DNA from: Octopus vulgaris
Lineage: Eukaryota
Assembly: GCA_951406725.2 (NCBI GenBank)
Contig: OX597817.1
Span: 86,738,001 to 86,802,000 of the forward strand
Direction of reading: 5' to 3'
Length of the DNA stretch: 64,000 nucleotides
Shown here: positions 42,401 to 56,730 of the stretch, piece after piece
Layout of the letters: every line of letters begins with the position of its first letter
How positions within the stretch are numbered: the stretch's first letter is position 1
Notes under the pieces: model-generated
Told to the model about the DNA's origin: nothing
Database searches by the model: none
What the model saw: only the letters and a program-made list of their open reading frames with translations
Made by a program: the position numbers and the translations under genes

Positions 42401-45400
42401 AATGAAGAATTTTAACCATTAATTGTGCACCTTTACCAAATTCAGATGGAATAGAATGTTCTAATTCTTAAATTAGCATGACCTTAAACGGGTGCTTAAA
42501 ACAGAAATGCTTATAAATTTAAAAATAAAAACTGAAGCATATTTCTGCTTTGACCTTATAGTTTGTGCCCAAAGAAATTTATAGCAAATAAAAAGTATTG
42601 TTGAAAGCTGAAATATTTTTCAGTTGATTTTTAAGATTCTTTCTTTTATTTTTAATCAACAGCATTTAGTTGTCTTATTTTGGAACTAATGAAAAGAATA
42701 TTAGTTTTATATTTTGTCTTGTACCCAGCCACTTTGACCGATTATTTTATTTTGTCTGGGGTACCATAATAAGTTGAAACTAAATAACTATATGCAAAGA
42801 ATATTAGTTTTATATTTTGTCTTGTACCCAGCCACTTTGACCGATTATTTTATTTTGTCTGGGGTACCATAATAAGTTGAAACTAAATAACTATATGCAA
42901 AGTGTAATTGTCTTAGAATGAAATATAAGTACAAAAAAGTTTTCACAAGATCAAATGGAAAACTATTTAGGAAAAATAATTCAATTTTCAGTTGATCTAA
43001 ACATAAGTTCCCTATGAAATACAGTTAGTCATTTTTATTGAAATATTATCTGAATTAAAAAAAATTTTTTTTTATGTCCCATATCTACTTTATCCACAAT
43101 TCTGATTACACATCCCTTTCAGATCTTAAAATCATTGCAATTGATAGAGATGCTGGAAAAAATGCTGAAATTGTATTTAATGTCACTGATGACCACTTCG
43201 AAGTAAAAAGAAACAAGATAGCTGATGGCCAATATGAAGCAATTCTTGTTGTTAGGAAGTAAGTAAAAACTCTTTCTAGTTTTTATTGGTTGCAATGATG
43301 ACAGTCATTGCTGGCAGACCTAACATCTTTTATTTTGTACACACTTTAAATACAAACAGGCCAATTACAAATATGTCTAAGCTTCTGCAAGTAATTGCTA
43401 AAACTGATTTTCATTTGTCTTCCACAAGACATGGGTGGAGTTGTTGAAATAATATATCAAAAAGATGAAGCACATTTCTCTGCTGCTTCTATTATCTTGC
43501 CATTGTGAAATTTTTTTTTAATTATAAAACCTTTCACATTTGGAAATTTGTAATTAAATTTATTCATTATGTAAATTAGGGCTCCATTGAGACTGTTTAC
43601 TCTAGAAATGAATTAATATCTGCAATGCATTTTAACCTGCTTAGCTTCCAACACTTTTATTATAGTGTTGTGTATCATTACCATTTTTACCTCAATTTTC
43701 CATGCTGGTATGGGTTGAATGAGTCAGAGCTATGGATTTAATGAGCCATGTTTTGCTCCAGTATTTTCCAATTTTTATATGGTTTCTATGACTGGATGCC
43801 TTTACTAATGCCAACCACTTTACAAAGTGTATTGAGTGCTTTCTGTGGCATCAGCACCAGTGAATTACTATGTAATTCACAAGATTAAAGAGCCACTAAG
43901 ATGGAGAATATGAAAGAAGTTGTTTTATGCGAGATGATGAGAGGAGTAGGAACAGGTTGATTGTGGAGGAGATTCTTGACTACCTTGCATTTTGTGTGGC
44001 TGAGTAGGGATGGTAAGATGGAAGTGGTCAGGTATATACAGGTGATCATCATCATCATCATCATCGTTTAACGTCTGTTTTCCGCGCTAGCACGGGTTGG
44101 ACGGTTTCGACCGGGGTCTGGGGAGCTAGGGACTGCCCCAGGCTCCAGTCTAGTCTGGCAGTGTTTCTACAGCTGGATGCCCTTCCTAACGCCAACCACT
44201 CCGCGAGTGTAGTGGGTGTTTTTTACGTGCCACCTGCACAGGTGCCAGAGGGGTCTGGCATCGGCCACGTTCGGATGGTGCTTTTTTTTATGGGGGGGGG
44301 GGGCAGAAATATAGGGGAGCACCAGTGGGGAGGGGTGGTTCAGAGAATGATGACAGGTTCTTAGGCTAGTAGAACGTAGGATATCAAGAGGGTAATGCAT
44401 GGTGAAATAGCGTATTGAGGAGGGGGTTCGAAGAGTAGACACCTATAATGGTGGTGGGAGAAACAACATCCGGTATAGATGGAGCAAAAATATAGAGATA
44501 TCCGGTATTGGTGGTGGGGGTGGGCAGGGTGGGTGCACCGCGTATACGCGAAGGTTGAAAAAAGATGATAGAGCGAGACTTGGTCGGGCAGAGTTAATAG
44601 AGGAGAAATTAGATACAATAGTTAGATAGATAAATAACAACAGATAGGAAAACATGTATGATTGGTCGAGAAGTGAAGTGAAAATAAATAAATAAAAATA
44701 AAATAATATAAGCATTCAAACTTAGCTGTGCTCGAGATTATTAGCTGCTAGGTGAATGAATGAGAGAGCACATGTTGTTGCCTTAAGTAAAGAAATTGAC
44801 CGGAAAGGAATTTTTGGACAAGGCGGAAGTGTATTAAGGGAACAGGCTTCAAAGATGGCGGAGATCGATAGACAGATACGCGAGGGTTGAAAAAAGATGA
44901 TGGAGCGAGACTTGGTCGGGCAGAGTTAATAGAGGAGAAATTAGATACAATAGTTAGATAGATAAATAACAACAGATAGGAAAACATGTATGATTGGTCG
45001 AGAAGTGAAGTGAAAATAAATAAATAAAAATAAAATAATATAAGCATTCAAACTTAGCTGTGCTCGAGATTATTAGCTGCTAGGTGAATGAATGAGAGAG
45101 CACATGTTGCCTTAAGTAAAGAAATTGACCGGAAAGGAATTTTTGGACAAGGCGGAAGTGTATTAAGGGAACAGGCTTCAAAGATGGCGGAGATCGATAG
45201 ACAGATACGCGGAATATAGTAAATAGTGAACATCAGTAGAGTGGTCGATGTTAAATTAGTTGATGGATGGTGATAAGCAGGATAAACATAGTAAATAGTG
45301 AACAGGGGCAGTTCACCATTCATACATTACAAAAACCTTTTCACTCTATCCTGCATGCACACTGACATTGCACATCCAAACAGACTGTGCTAGCTTCGTT

Positions 45401-48400
45401 GCTTTCTAGTCTTCACATGTCCTGTACATTCACAGTCCACATTTTGCTTTCGTGTAGCATTGCTGTTTGTGTATATATATTATATGATCAGGTAATAACT
45501 ATCTGGACTTTTTGACCAGTTCTTATTCTAGCAGCTATACTTTCAGAACATCCTCCTCTGCTACTTATTAGATCACCTGGATAACAGAAATTATCTACTA
45601 CCTGTAGGGATTTTCCTGGATATTTTAGAATATCTGTTTATTGCTCCTTCACATCTGCTGCATACAAAGTCTAATTTCTCAGTTAGCCTGCCTGTGATTC
45701 CACTATACTTTTTATGGTCCATAGTTTGCACTGGATACACCATATAGAATTTCTATCAACTCCTTTTTTACATATCAAGTGGGATCATTTCTCTGAGGGT
45801 GCAAGATTCTGTTTTCCTTCTAATGCTTTGATTTTTGTTAAATCAACTTCAATGCCTTTTGTTTCCAAGTTTTGCATACACACCTGGAATTTCTCTAATT
45901 TTACCTCACATGTAAGAATAAGGTCATTAATATATAACAGTCCCTGCATCTTGATCTTCTCTATTACGCTATTATGGCCTGGAGGACTATGATTAATAAG
46001 AGAGTGAAAACTGATCCATGGTAAACTCCTAGCTGCACACTAAATTTGTCATACTCACTGCTAACTCTCACTTTACTAACATGTCTTCTATGGCATTCAC
46101 AAGCTATTTGTTCATCTTCTCTCAGCTTCTTCAGTGCCCACTATATCACTGAATGAGTGACTCTGACAAAGGCTTTCTCTATATCAACAAATGCTAGGTA
46201 TAGTGTTTTACTCTTAAGTACTTCTTCTGTAGTTGTCTCACTTAGCACAAAACCAAACTGCTTCCCTGCATCTCATCTTGTCCCTCGAACTTATCAATGA
46301 AGCTACTACTGTTTCTGTTATTACTTTTCTCAAAGGCATCTCATTTGCCCTTCTAGTCATTGAGTATGATACTTTCATGTACAATCTGATTTACTATATG
46401 GACAGAAACATTGGGTTGTTGTATGTTAAAACTGCAAAAATACAGTGTAACTTCTTAGTATCTGGTGTTGTTCTTCTCTCAATCTATTATACACTTAGAC
46501 AATTGGAGAGTTGTAGAGAAGCTAATGAAGAATATGATTTACTTAGTATCAGGATCTGTTCCACTTATGACTTTCACATTTCAACTTTCTTTTTTTCATG
46601 CTTAAATGAGCCAGGTGGAAATTGTTGAGGCAGATTTTCTACAATCAGATATCCTGCTTGTTACCAGCCCTCACTTGCTTCCAAGCAAGGAACTATTTTT
46701 CCATGGCCAGACATGTTTCTCATAGAAGACTGGAAACAAATGTCTTCACTCGTATGCTGTTGACACTTGTTTACAACCATCACACTTTGTCAAAACAAGT
46801 GGAATAGGACACATACATGCTCAACTCTGGGCTACAATGGACTTAGTTTTCATCAACCAAATCCGTTCCCATTGCTTTGGTTGGCCTGGGGTTATACTAG
46901 ATAAGTTTCCCAGTGTGCCACACAGTGGGACTGAACACAAAACCACATAGCTGGAAAGCATCTTTCTTAACATCACAACCATCACTTCGCAATGTGAGAA
47001 TAGCATCTCTTCAAACTGAAATACAAAGCAACATTCTTTTTTTTTCTCCCTCTCCTAACCGGAAATTGTAAAGAACTAATTATGTGTATGTGTGGGAAAT
47101 ATTGTCATTTAGGTGGGTCAAATGTTTGCATGTTATCGCTTAGTTTGTGAATATCTATATCTCAGGGTAGTAAATAAACAGAAATGGTTATGTGCACCTG
47201 AACACTATACAACAATTTTGTTCAGTCTATAGTTTTGATCATGATTCAAAATTTTCTGGGTTTTCATCTTGTATTTCATTGTTCTAGAGCGACTGACATA
47301 CTGTCCATCTACAGAATACTGATTTAAATTTATTATAGACCATCTACAGCATTTGGTCTTGTGTTCAGTTTATTATTATGATGATTAAGGCAGCATGCTG
47401 ACAGAATCATTAGCATACTAGGCAAAATGCTTAGCAGCATTTTGTCTGTCTTCACATTCTGAGTTCAAATTCTGTTGAATTCTACTTTGCCTTTCATCCT
47501 TTCAGAGTCAATAAAGTACCAGTGAAGCACTGGGGTTGATGTAATCAACTTATCCCCTCCCCCAAATTACTAGTGTCAGTCTTGTTGATGATGTGATTGT
47601 TGTTGTTTGTAGAAAAAAAGACAGCAAGCTGGCAGAATTGCTGAAACATCAGAAAAAAAACATGTTTTGCAATTTTTTACTCTTTACAAACCAAGTGCAA
47701 ATCCCACTGAGGTCAGCTTCATCCTTCAACCTTCTGAGGTTGATAAACAAAGTACTAGTCAAGCACCGGGGGTCAATAGTATCAGTTGCACCCTGCTCCT
47801 CACCATCTAACCTAATTTCAGGTTCTGTGCTTTTATTAAAAAGTTATTACACTGTGTAACAATTTTTTTTGTCAGTGTTATTTCTTATTTGCTTCTATCT
47901 AGAAATCAAATGACTACTATTCCCTTCAAACTTTGTGATCTGGACATCAGTGTTTTGAAACTTACCTATTTTCCATTAGATTTCACACAGATTCAGCACT
48001 GAGTTGCAGAAGCAGAAATATCATTGTAGTGAACATTCTGCTCAATACCACTGACTTGCTCGTCAATTGCTTGACCGTAACTGCTTGAGCATGTATTTTA
48101 GTGGTTGACAATGTGTGCATCTCTGATCATGAGCAGGAGTAATGGGAGAGCATCATAGCAATGTGTTGAGAGGGATTCATTAAGGTTTAAATAAATGTGG
48201 AAAAAAAGCAAAGTTTGAAGGAAATAGCCCTTTTTCATACTCCCTAGGAGTAAACAGATAGGAAATAACAGTTGCAAACCCAAGGATGAAAATCATGTGA
48301 CACAGGGATATCAAAGTAGTGAGCTGGCAGAATCATTAGCAGCATTTTATCTGTTTTTTTTGTTCTGAGTTCAAACTCTGCTGAGGTTGACTTTACTTTT

Positions 48401-51400
48401 CATCCTTTTGGGGTTAGTGAAATAAGTACCAGTTGAACACTGGGAATGATATAATGATATAATCAACTAATTCATACACACACTCACCAAAAAATAATTT
48501 CAGGCATTGTGCCTTAAGCACTGGGGTCAATGTAATTGATTATCCCCCTCCACCAACATTTCAGGCCTTGTGTCTGTAGTAAAAATGATTATTTATTATT
48601 CATTCATTGCAGACCATTGGATTATGAAAAACAACCTATACATAAATTTATCATCACAGCTTCTGATCTTGGAGATCCACCAAAAAGTGCAACAGCTAAT
48701 GTAGAAGTGCATCTGAAAAATGTAAATAACAAATCTCCAAATATACCTGAAAATAGCACATTTCATGTAAATGAAAGAGCCCCAGTAAATACTTTTGTTG
48801 CAAAATTGAAAGTCACAGATCCTGATAAAGATAATGTATGCTTCTATTTTGGTAAGAATTTAATTTTTATTCCCTTTCTTTCATAAAATTTTCAAAAAAG
48901 ATTAAATTTTTCTTTCTCTAGGAGAATGAGGTTTTATTTATTTTTTTTTTTTATTTTTAAGAATATTTTTTGAACATCTAAACTCACTTAAATAGAGAAT
49001 ATTAAAAAGCTGTGGGCCCCTGAAACCCAGGCTGTTGTAGTAACTGGTCTTGAAGTGCGATGGCATTGCTGAGATCTTTGGCACTATGCAGTGTCGACCC
49101 ATTGACACAATTCCTTCCAGGATCTTCCATATGTATATTACTGCATACCTCTCCTGCCTTCGCTTCACGGAGAAGAGTCTTAGCTGTTTCAGCCTTTCCC
49201 AGTAGCTGAGCTGTTGCAATGAGATGATCTTCTTTGTGAAGCTTCACTGGATTGCTTCAAGGTCCGCTGTTAATTTTACACTGTTGAGTGACCATAGCTG
49301 GGAGTAGTAATCCAGGTAGCTGAGGACGAACGTCCTCCAGAGGACCATCATGGCTTCCTTATCTCTGGTTCTGAATGTTCTCAGGATCCATCCAGCCAGC
49401 TGTCTGCACTTTGTCGCCATCCTGGTAATGTGCACTTGGAAAGAGGTATCATCACGCATGTCAATGCCCTGGTCCCTTACTGATTTAGGCTCTGGGATTG
49501 TAATTCCCTGTGGACCAGTGTATCCTGTAAGTTTCATATTAAGTTTTGGAAGCTCGTAGCTCAGGGCTTGGAATTGTTCACCATTAAACTGTATATTATT
49601 ATTCTCAGCCCATCTGTAAATTGAGTCCAACTCCTACTGCAGATGTGCAACATCGCTGGGGTTCTGTATTTTCTGCAAGACTTTCATATAATCTGCATAG
49701 CTAGCAAGGGTGGCTATATTGGCAATTGAGGGCATATCTGAGAGGGCCACTATGAAAAGCAGTGGTCCCAAGAGACTGCCCTGTGGAACACCACTCACTA
49801 TTTGTATTTTCACTGAGGTGACTCCATTGGCCACTACTGCCTGACTTTCAGAAAGTCATGTAACCACTCTCCAAATTTTCCAGCTATGCCGAGATCACGC
49901 AATTTGTGGTATATCATACCATGATCCATTTCGTCAAAAGCTTTTGCAAAATCAAGGTATATTACGTCCACATTTGATTTGTTGAGTAACTGCCTCAACA
50001 CCCAGTCATAATGTTGTAAGAGCTGAGTCAGGCAGCTCCTACCTGGTCGAAAGCCATGCTGGGTATTACTCAGTAAGTTATTTTCTTCAAGGAATGTGAT
50101 TAGTTTGCCTCTGACTATCTGTTCCATGACTTTGCTGATGTGTGAAGTCAAAGAGATAGGCCTGTAGTTTTTGGCATTTGCTCTGCTTCCCCCTTTATGG
50201 ATTGGGCATATTACTCCCTCCTTCCGTTTGCTTGGCAGTCTGCCATTTGCAAGAAAGCTCTGGAAGAGAATCTGGAGGGGTTTTGCCAGGGCACGCTTAC
50301 ATGATTTAAAGAAGATTGCTGGGAAACCATCAGGACCAGCAGTTGAGTTTGCGTGCACCTCATCTATGGCTAGTAGTATATCTTCTTTGCTAATTTCAAT
50401 GTATCCCATCGTAACTGCCTTGCTGGTTATAGGTGAGGTGGCAAAGAAGTCCACTGGTTCGTTCACTTGTCTGTGTTCCAGCGGGGTGGTAAAGACACTT
50501 TTGAACTGGTCATTCAGTACCTCACTGATCCTGGTTGGACTGAGGGAGCTACCTCTTTTGGAAGAGGGGTCCTATCTTGCAGTGTACTGAGGTTGTTTCT
50601 TTCGCATAATGAAAGAAGGCCTTTGGGTTTGACTTAATGTTTTTTTATAACCCAGGCTTCTTTGTCTGCTCTCTCCCTCACATTGTTGCAGGCTTTTTTC
50701 AATCTCCATCAGTGTTTTTTAGGCGGGACCTTTCACTACTTTTGGGATGTTGGTGGAGGCCATTTGCAACCTTCGTCTGTTGTCTCATGAGGATCTTCCT
50801 CTCCCTTGGAATCTTGTTCCTATTTGTTTTAGCCTTGTACTCTGGGACATATTTCTGGCATATGCCTTGCATAACAGACATGAAATATTTTAGCTTCATG
50901 CCAGTGTCTGGTGTGGAGACATTTCTGTCAGTCCTGTCTGAGGATCTCTTTTTGGATCGATTTCCAGTCTGTTTTGTGGAAGTTCAGATTGGAGAGATTT
51001 CGGGTGCTTCCTTTAGGCTGTATGTCTCTGGCTACTTTTGGCCCAGACATAGACAGCTCTATTATGTTGTGATCCAAGACCAATGTCAGCGTCACTTTCA
51101 TTGTTTGTGAAGCAGAGGTCCAAAATGTTATTTGCCCTAGTTGGTCTGAGTACAACTTGCTCCATGTATTGGGTATTGGTGAGGTTGAGCAGGGACCCCA
51201 CCTGTGCTTGTTTGCAATGAGTCATTCCTGAGAGCATGACGCCTTTGGGCCATTTGATGTCGGAGAAGTTGAAATCACCCATAAGAAATATGCTCATGTG
51301 GTGTTCCAGTTTCATGAGGATTTCTTTAATTCTTGTGAGGCAATCTTCAAATGTGCATATGTGGTTTGGGGCATCCAGTGGACAATATGTATTGCATTTG

Positions 51401-54400
51401 ACTATATTGTGTTGTCTTATGTATACAATTAGTGTCACATACTGAATGTGAATATGACTATAAGACCTGGGGTGTGAGGTCATCACGGATGTATACAGCA
51501 ATTCCACCATGGCTCCTTTCCCTTCTGTCTGTTTGCAGTATGGCATATTTTGGTACGTGTACTTCTGCATTCTTTATATCAGGGCTGAGGTGAGTTTCCA
51601 CGAGCGCTATGCATAAGGCTTGATTCTATCCTTTGCTTTTATTATGATGCAACAGGCCCCCAATATTTAGTAAAAATACTGGCATGACTACTATGCAGGC
51701 ATTAGGGGAAGCCATTCCGTGTCTGTTGACTGTGATATTCTTGCGCAATGATGGACAAGGTTTTTTGTTTGTGCTTGGTGTAGCCAGGTCAGCTGCTGCA
51801 CAAAAGACTCTTGCTCAACTGCTGCCTTGTACATAACCTCTGAAGAGTGCACTTTTTTTGTATACTTTGGAGACGTTTGTCTTTCCTCAGAGAAGTTTTT
51901 CTCCTTAAGGCCTCTGTAGTTTTGGTGGGGAGTCTCGGGTGAACAAACTGGCAGTTTTTGCCGTCTTCCCCATGCCAACATTTGCCTTGCAGGTAAAATC
52001 AAAGCGACGAAAATATTTTGACAAATTAAATTTAAATGTTGAAGGGAATCTAACGGTTTTTGTGTGTTTCTTAAACGGCTTATAAACACCTTCCACGCTG
52101 CAATTGTTTATATATATTTACATATATTTGTTTATATATATATATATATATTCTCACACACACACACACACACATATATATATTTGTATTTTTTTTAATC
52201 TAGTTTCAGCTCACAAGCTGTGGCCATGCTGGGGCACCACCATTTGGTGTTGCTACATAATTTTACTTCATGAATGCTTTTTAGGAATTGACATTTGGGA
52301 GTTTGATGCTGCTGCCCTCATCTGTACCTCCTGCCATGAAGTTGGTTCATCTGGGACACTTCTCAGTAAGAGGTCCAGCTTTATTTTGAAGACACCTACA
52401 TCCACCCCATTCAGGTCTCTCAGGTCCTTCAGGTGGATATTAAAGAACTGTGGTCCTCTGAAGCCCAGGCTATTACAGTATCTTGTCCTATATCTTGATG
52501 GCAAATTTGGAGTCCTTGGCACTATGCAGTGGTGCCCAGTTCTAGTATTGGTGTAACTCTCAATGCCAAAGTTTGAGACAAATCCTTCCAGATGTATATT
52601 ATGGCATATTTTTCTTGCCTACGGTCTAAGGAATAGTCTTAATCTCTTGAGTCTTTCCCAGTAGCTTATATGCTGCATAGAGGCTATCTTCTTTGTGTAG
52701 CTTTGTTGGATTGCTTCAAGTTCTGAGAAGGAGATATATTTAAGAATTTACAAAAAATTGTAGAGGAATAACTGACCTAGAAAGACAGACCAGTTATTCC
52801 TCTACAAATTTTTTGTAAATTCTTAAATATATCTCCTGTGTATATTTATACTACCAAACAAACATGATTTTTATTGAACTCAAAATACTTTTTGGAGTCC
52901 TGTTCTGATTACTTTCTTAAAAACTTTCTTGTGAACTGTTTTTAACATTTTCTTATTATCAAAGAATGTATATCTGTATTTTAATACTTTTGTGATAACT
53001 AATACTTAACACAACAAAGCTCATACAAAGCTTTACATTTGACTTTTGACAATCTTTTTCTAAAAAAAGTAAAACCGGTCAAGTGAATAAACATCTTTAA
53101 ATTTGCATTTTCAAACCTTCTTTCATATATATATTTTTTCACTCAGTTTAATACTTCTTAATATAAGATATTAACATCATTATTAATTTTATTCTTATTC
53201 TAATTTTGACATTGAAATTATGATGTTGATAATACAGCTATTGTTTTCCATTGTTTATTAGATTCTCTTCATAATTACTTCATGTCGAGTCTACCATTCT
53301 CATTGGTTACATAACATAAATGTTTTACCTTAATATTTTACAATCAGCATGATTGTTTTTTGCTCCCCACCTTCTTTTACTATAAACTACAGCATTTTTC
53401 TTACTAAAGCGATTGTTTTGTTAATTGTTTTTTTTGTCTTTTATTTCAGGAAACTTTAAAAATACATATGAAATGTTTGCTATTGATAAAAGGCTAGGAA
53501 TTATCACTGTGAGATCTGATCTTTCCAATGCTAAAGAAATGTATGTAATAAATATAACAGCGACTGATGAACAGTGCTGCTGTGAAAAGTCTCCTCCTCA
53601 CACCTCTTATGGCAGTATAACCATATATGTTGAAGATGTTAATAACAACAAGCCTAAGTTTTCTGAATGCAGTTCTTATAACACAAGTATTAAAGAAAAT
53701 ATCAGTCTGAATTCATTTATCATTCAGGTAAATTGCATTTTTTAAATTTCATTGTAAAATGCTATTTAATTACAATAAAGCTACCCAGTTTCAATTTTGA
53801 TTGAAAAACAAGATAGTAAGAGTAACTATTAAGAGAAAAATTAGATTTTTTTATGTAAATAAGCAGAAATATGTTTGATTTTACAATTATAGAAGGAAAT
53901 ATGAACTACTCTATTACCCCTTTTCATGTGTCTGTTCAGCTTGTAAAACAACTGAGTCAGTGATGGTGCTGTTTTACGCACTGTCCATTGCGAAAGCATG
54001 TTAGGTGAGGCATTTGATATGTTTTAAGAAAACGGTTCATTCAGTCAGTGTTATGTGTTCTCAATTCTCCACATAAACATATCTGGGCTGTTTGTTGTTC
54101 AGTAGACGGGAAGATTATTACTTTGCTTAAAAACAAGTGGTTACAGGAAGGACATCCAGCCATAAAAAAACTCTGCCTAAACATGCTCTTATCTGATCCA
54201 TGAAAGCATGAAAAAGTAGACATTAAATGACACCTGAACAAGTACAGTTTGTGGATACACTCGGTTCATTTTCAGTGAAAGGATTATTTGGTTTACTTTT
54301 ATTTATTCTAGGCACTCATTTTTATGTCTACTTTTCTAAGCTTGCATGGGGTCAGATTTCATTGAGACATAATTTATTACAACCAGATGCTCTTCATGTT

Positions 54401-54554
54401 GCTAAAGCTCACCTACTTCCAAGCAAGGTATTTTTTCTCCATGGCTGGACTTGTTTCCATGGAAGACTGGAAATGAATAATACAACTTGTATGATGATGA
54501 TGATACTTGTTTACAACTGTCACATAAGGTCAAAACAAGGCAACACACATACAA

Positions 54555-54591
<37 letters not shown>

Positions 54592-55740
54592 GACATCATG
54601 AGGGATGGCAGATTGTCTTGTATTCACACCTATAGGTCTGTATGTGAGAATTACCATTGGAGTAAAATGAAAACATTACTAAAACCATAGATTGGCTGTC
54701 TGTGATGTATGGATGCCAATCTTAGGAAAATTATAATTAAAATAATAGGTGATATTAGAGTAAAAATGCTGCATGTTGATTGGATGATGAATTAAGTTAA
54801 TTTTGATTATATGAATGTATATGTGTTGTAAAAAACATACAGGTCTTGATGTGTACAGCTATGGTGAATGGTAGACAGTTTGAATTTGTCATTGTGTGGT
54901 GTGCAGTAGATAATGCATCCATTGTATTTATGATTTATATCATATTAAATAAATTAGTATTTAATTGTTAATACTAACAACTTAGCCAAGCGGCTTAGAA
55001 AATAATTTTTGGTGGATATTATAATAAAAAATTTTTTTTTTAATATATTGTGCACAGGTGTTGTTGACATAATATACTGCTACTGTGTTATGTAAACAGA
55101 CTGAATTTCATCATGGTCATGTGGTACATAGTTAAGTAACTATGATTTATGTTATAAAAATAAAAATTTATTATTTAATTATTAATACTAGAGGTTATAA
55201 CTAGGTGACTTGCAATATAATTCTTAAGTGATTAAAAAACATTTCATACATTCATAAGTAATAATGAAAATTAGGAATAAATGTTTTTGATTACAATCAA
55301 CTGTATCAAAATATTGTTTAGGCAACTTAACGGCACCTTTGTTTTTCAACACATTAACACGTGCATGTGCACAAATAAATTAAAACAATGTTGCATATAC
55401 CCAAGTAACGGTTTTTTTTTAAACCACATGAGAATGCACAAGCGCACATATCTGAATTTAATGCAGAGTCTAGCAATGATATATCAACATATTGGGATGT
55501 AGTTCCTTTTTTTATCAAGTTCTGACCCTGACGAAATGTTCAGTTAACTATATTCAATATGAATCTTAAGTTTTTCTAATTGTTTGATTGTACAGGGAAA
55601 CAATTGTAGGTTCTATGCATTTGATATTCAACAAAATCGGATTTGTTTAAAAAAATTGAGGTCTATGTCAATTTCTCAATTTTTTTTCCTTATATACACA
55701 CATATATATAAATATACACACACACACATATATATATATT

Positions 55741-55822
<82 letters not shown>

Positions 55823-56511
55823 AATATATATACATATATACACACACACACACACACATTTATATATAAATATGCATACATATATATACACATATATATA
55901 TATATATATACATATATACACACACACACACATTTATATATAAATATACATACATATATATCATCATCATCATCGTTTAACGTCCGATACACACACACAC
56001 ACACACACATATATTAAAAATGGAGAAGAGAAGATGCTAAAATTTAGGACTCCCATTCTTTATTATGATGCTCTCAGTTTTCATAAGGATAAATATGTAT
56101 ATCCAAAATTGTTCTATGCTATTTCCTTCATCAAGTCCTCTGTAATAATAATTTTTTGTTTATACTTCTTGCACTTAGGAGAGCAGTGATATGTAATCAA
56201 GTTATTCTACCATGAATGTACATGTTTTAAAATTGTTGTTTGAAACGATTGTATGCATATATTAAAATTCTTTCAAATTTTAACATTTTCTCTTCTCCAT
56301 TTTTAACAAATTTGTTCTACTGGATACCTTTCCATAAATTCTAACACGCCATATACAAGTATTATTTACATATTCGCAAACTTACACCAGTAGGCTACCA
56401 GCAAAATATGAAGAATCTTTATTGGAAATCGCTTTTTTGGAACCCTCCAAATTAAAGGATGAAATATAATTCCATCTTTTCACATATATATATAAATATA
56501 TTTATATACAT

Positions 56512-56554
<43 letters not shown>

Positions 56555-56678
56555 CATCATCGTTTAACGTCCGTTTTCCGCGCTAGCACAGGTTGGACGG
56601 TTCGACCGGGGTCTGGGAAGCCAGGGGCTTCTCCAGTCTGATCTGGCAGAGTTTCTACGGCTGGATGCCCTTCCTAAC

Positions 56679-56730
<52 letters not shown>

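Noticed and set aside
50171-51110. Plus-strand ORFs of 139 and 157 aa
   Set aside because: Antisense shadows of the LINE ORF2.
55584-56017. YI/HT/CV-repeat ORFs here and throughout the window
   Set aside because: Microsatellite translations.
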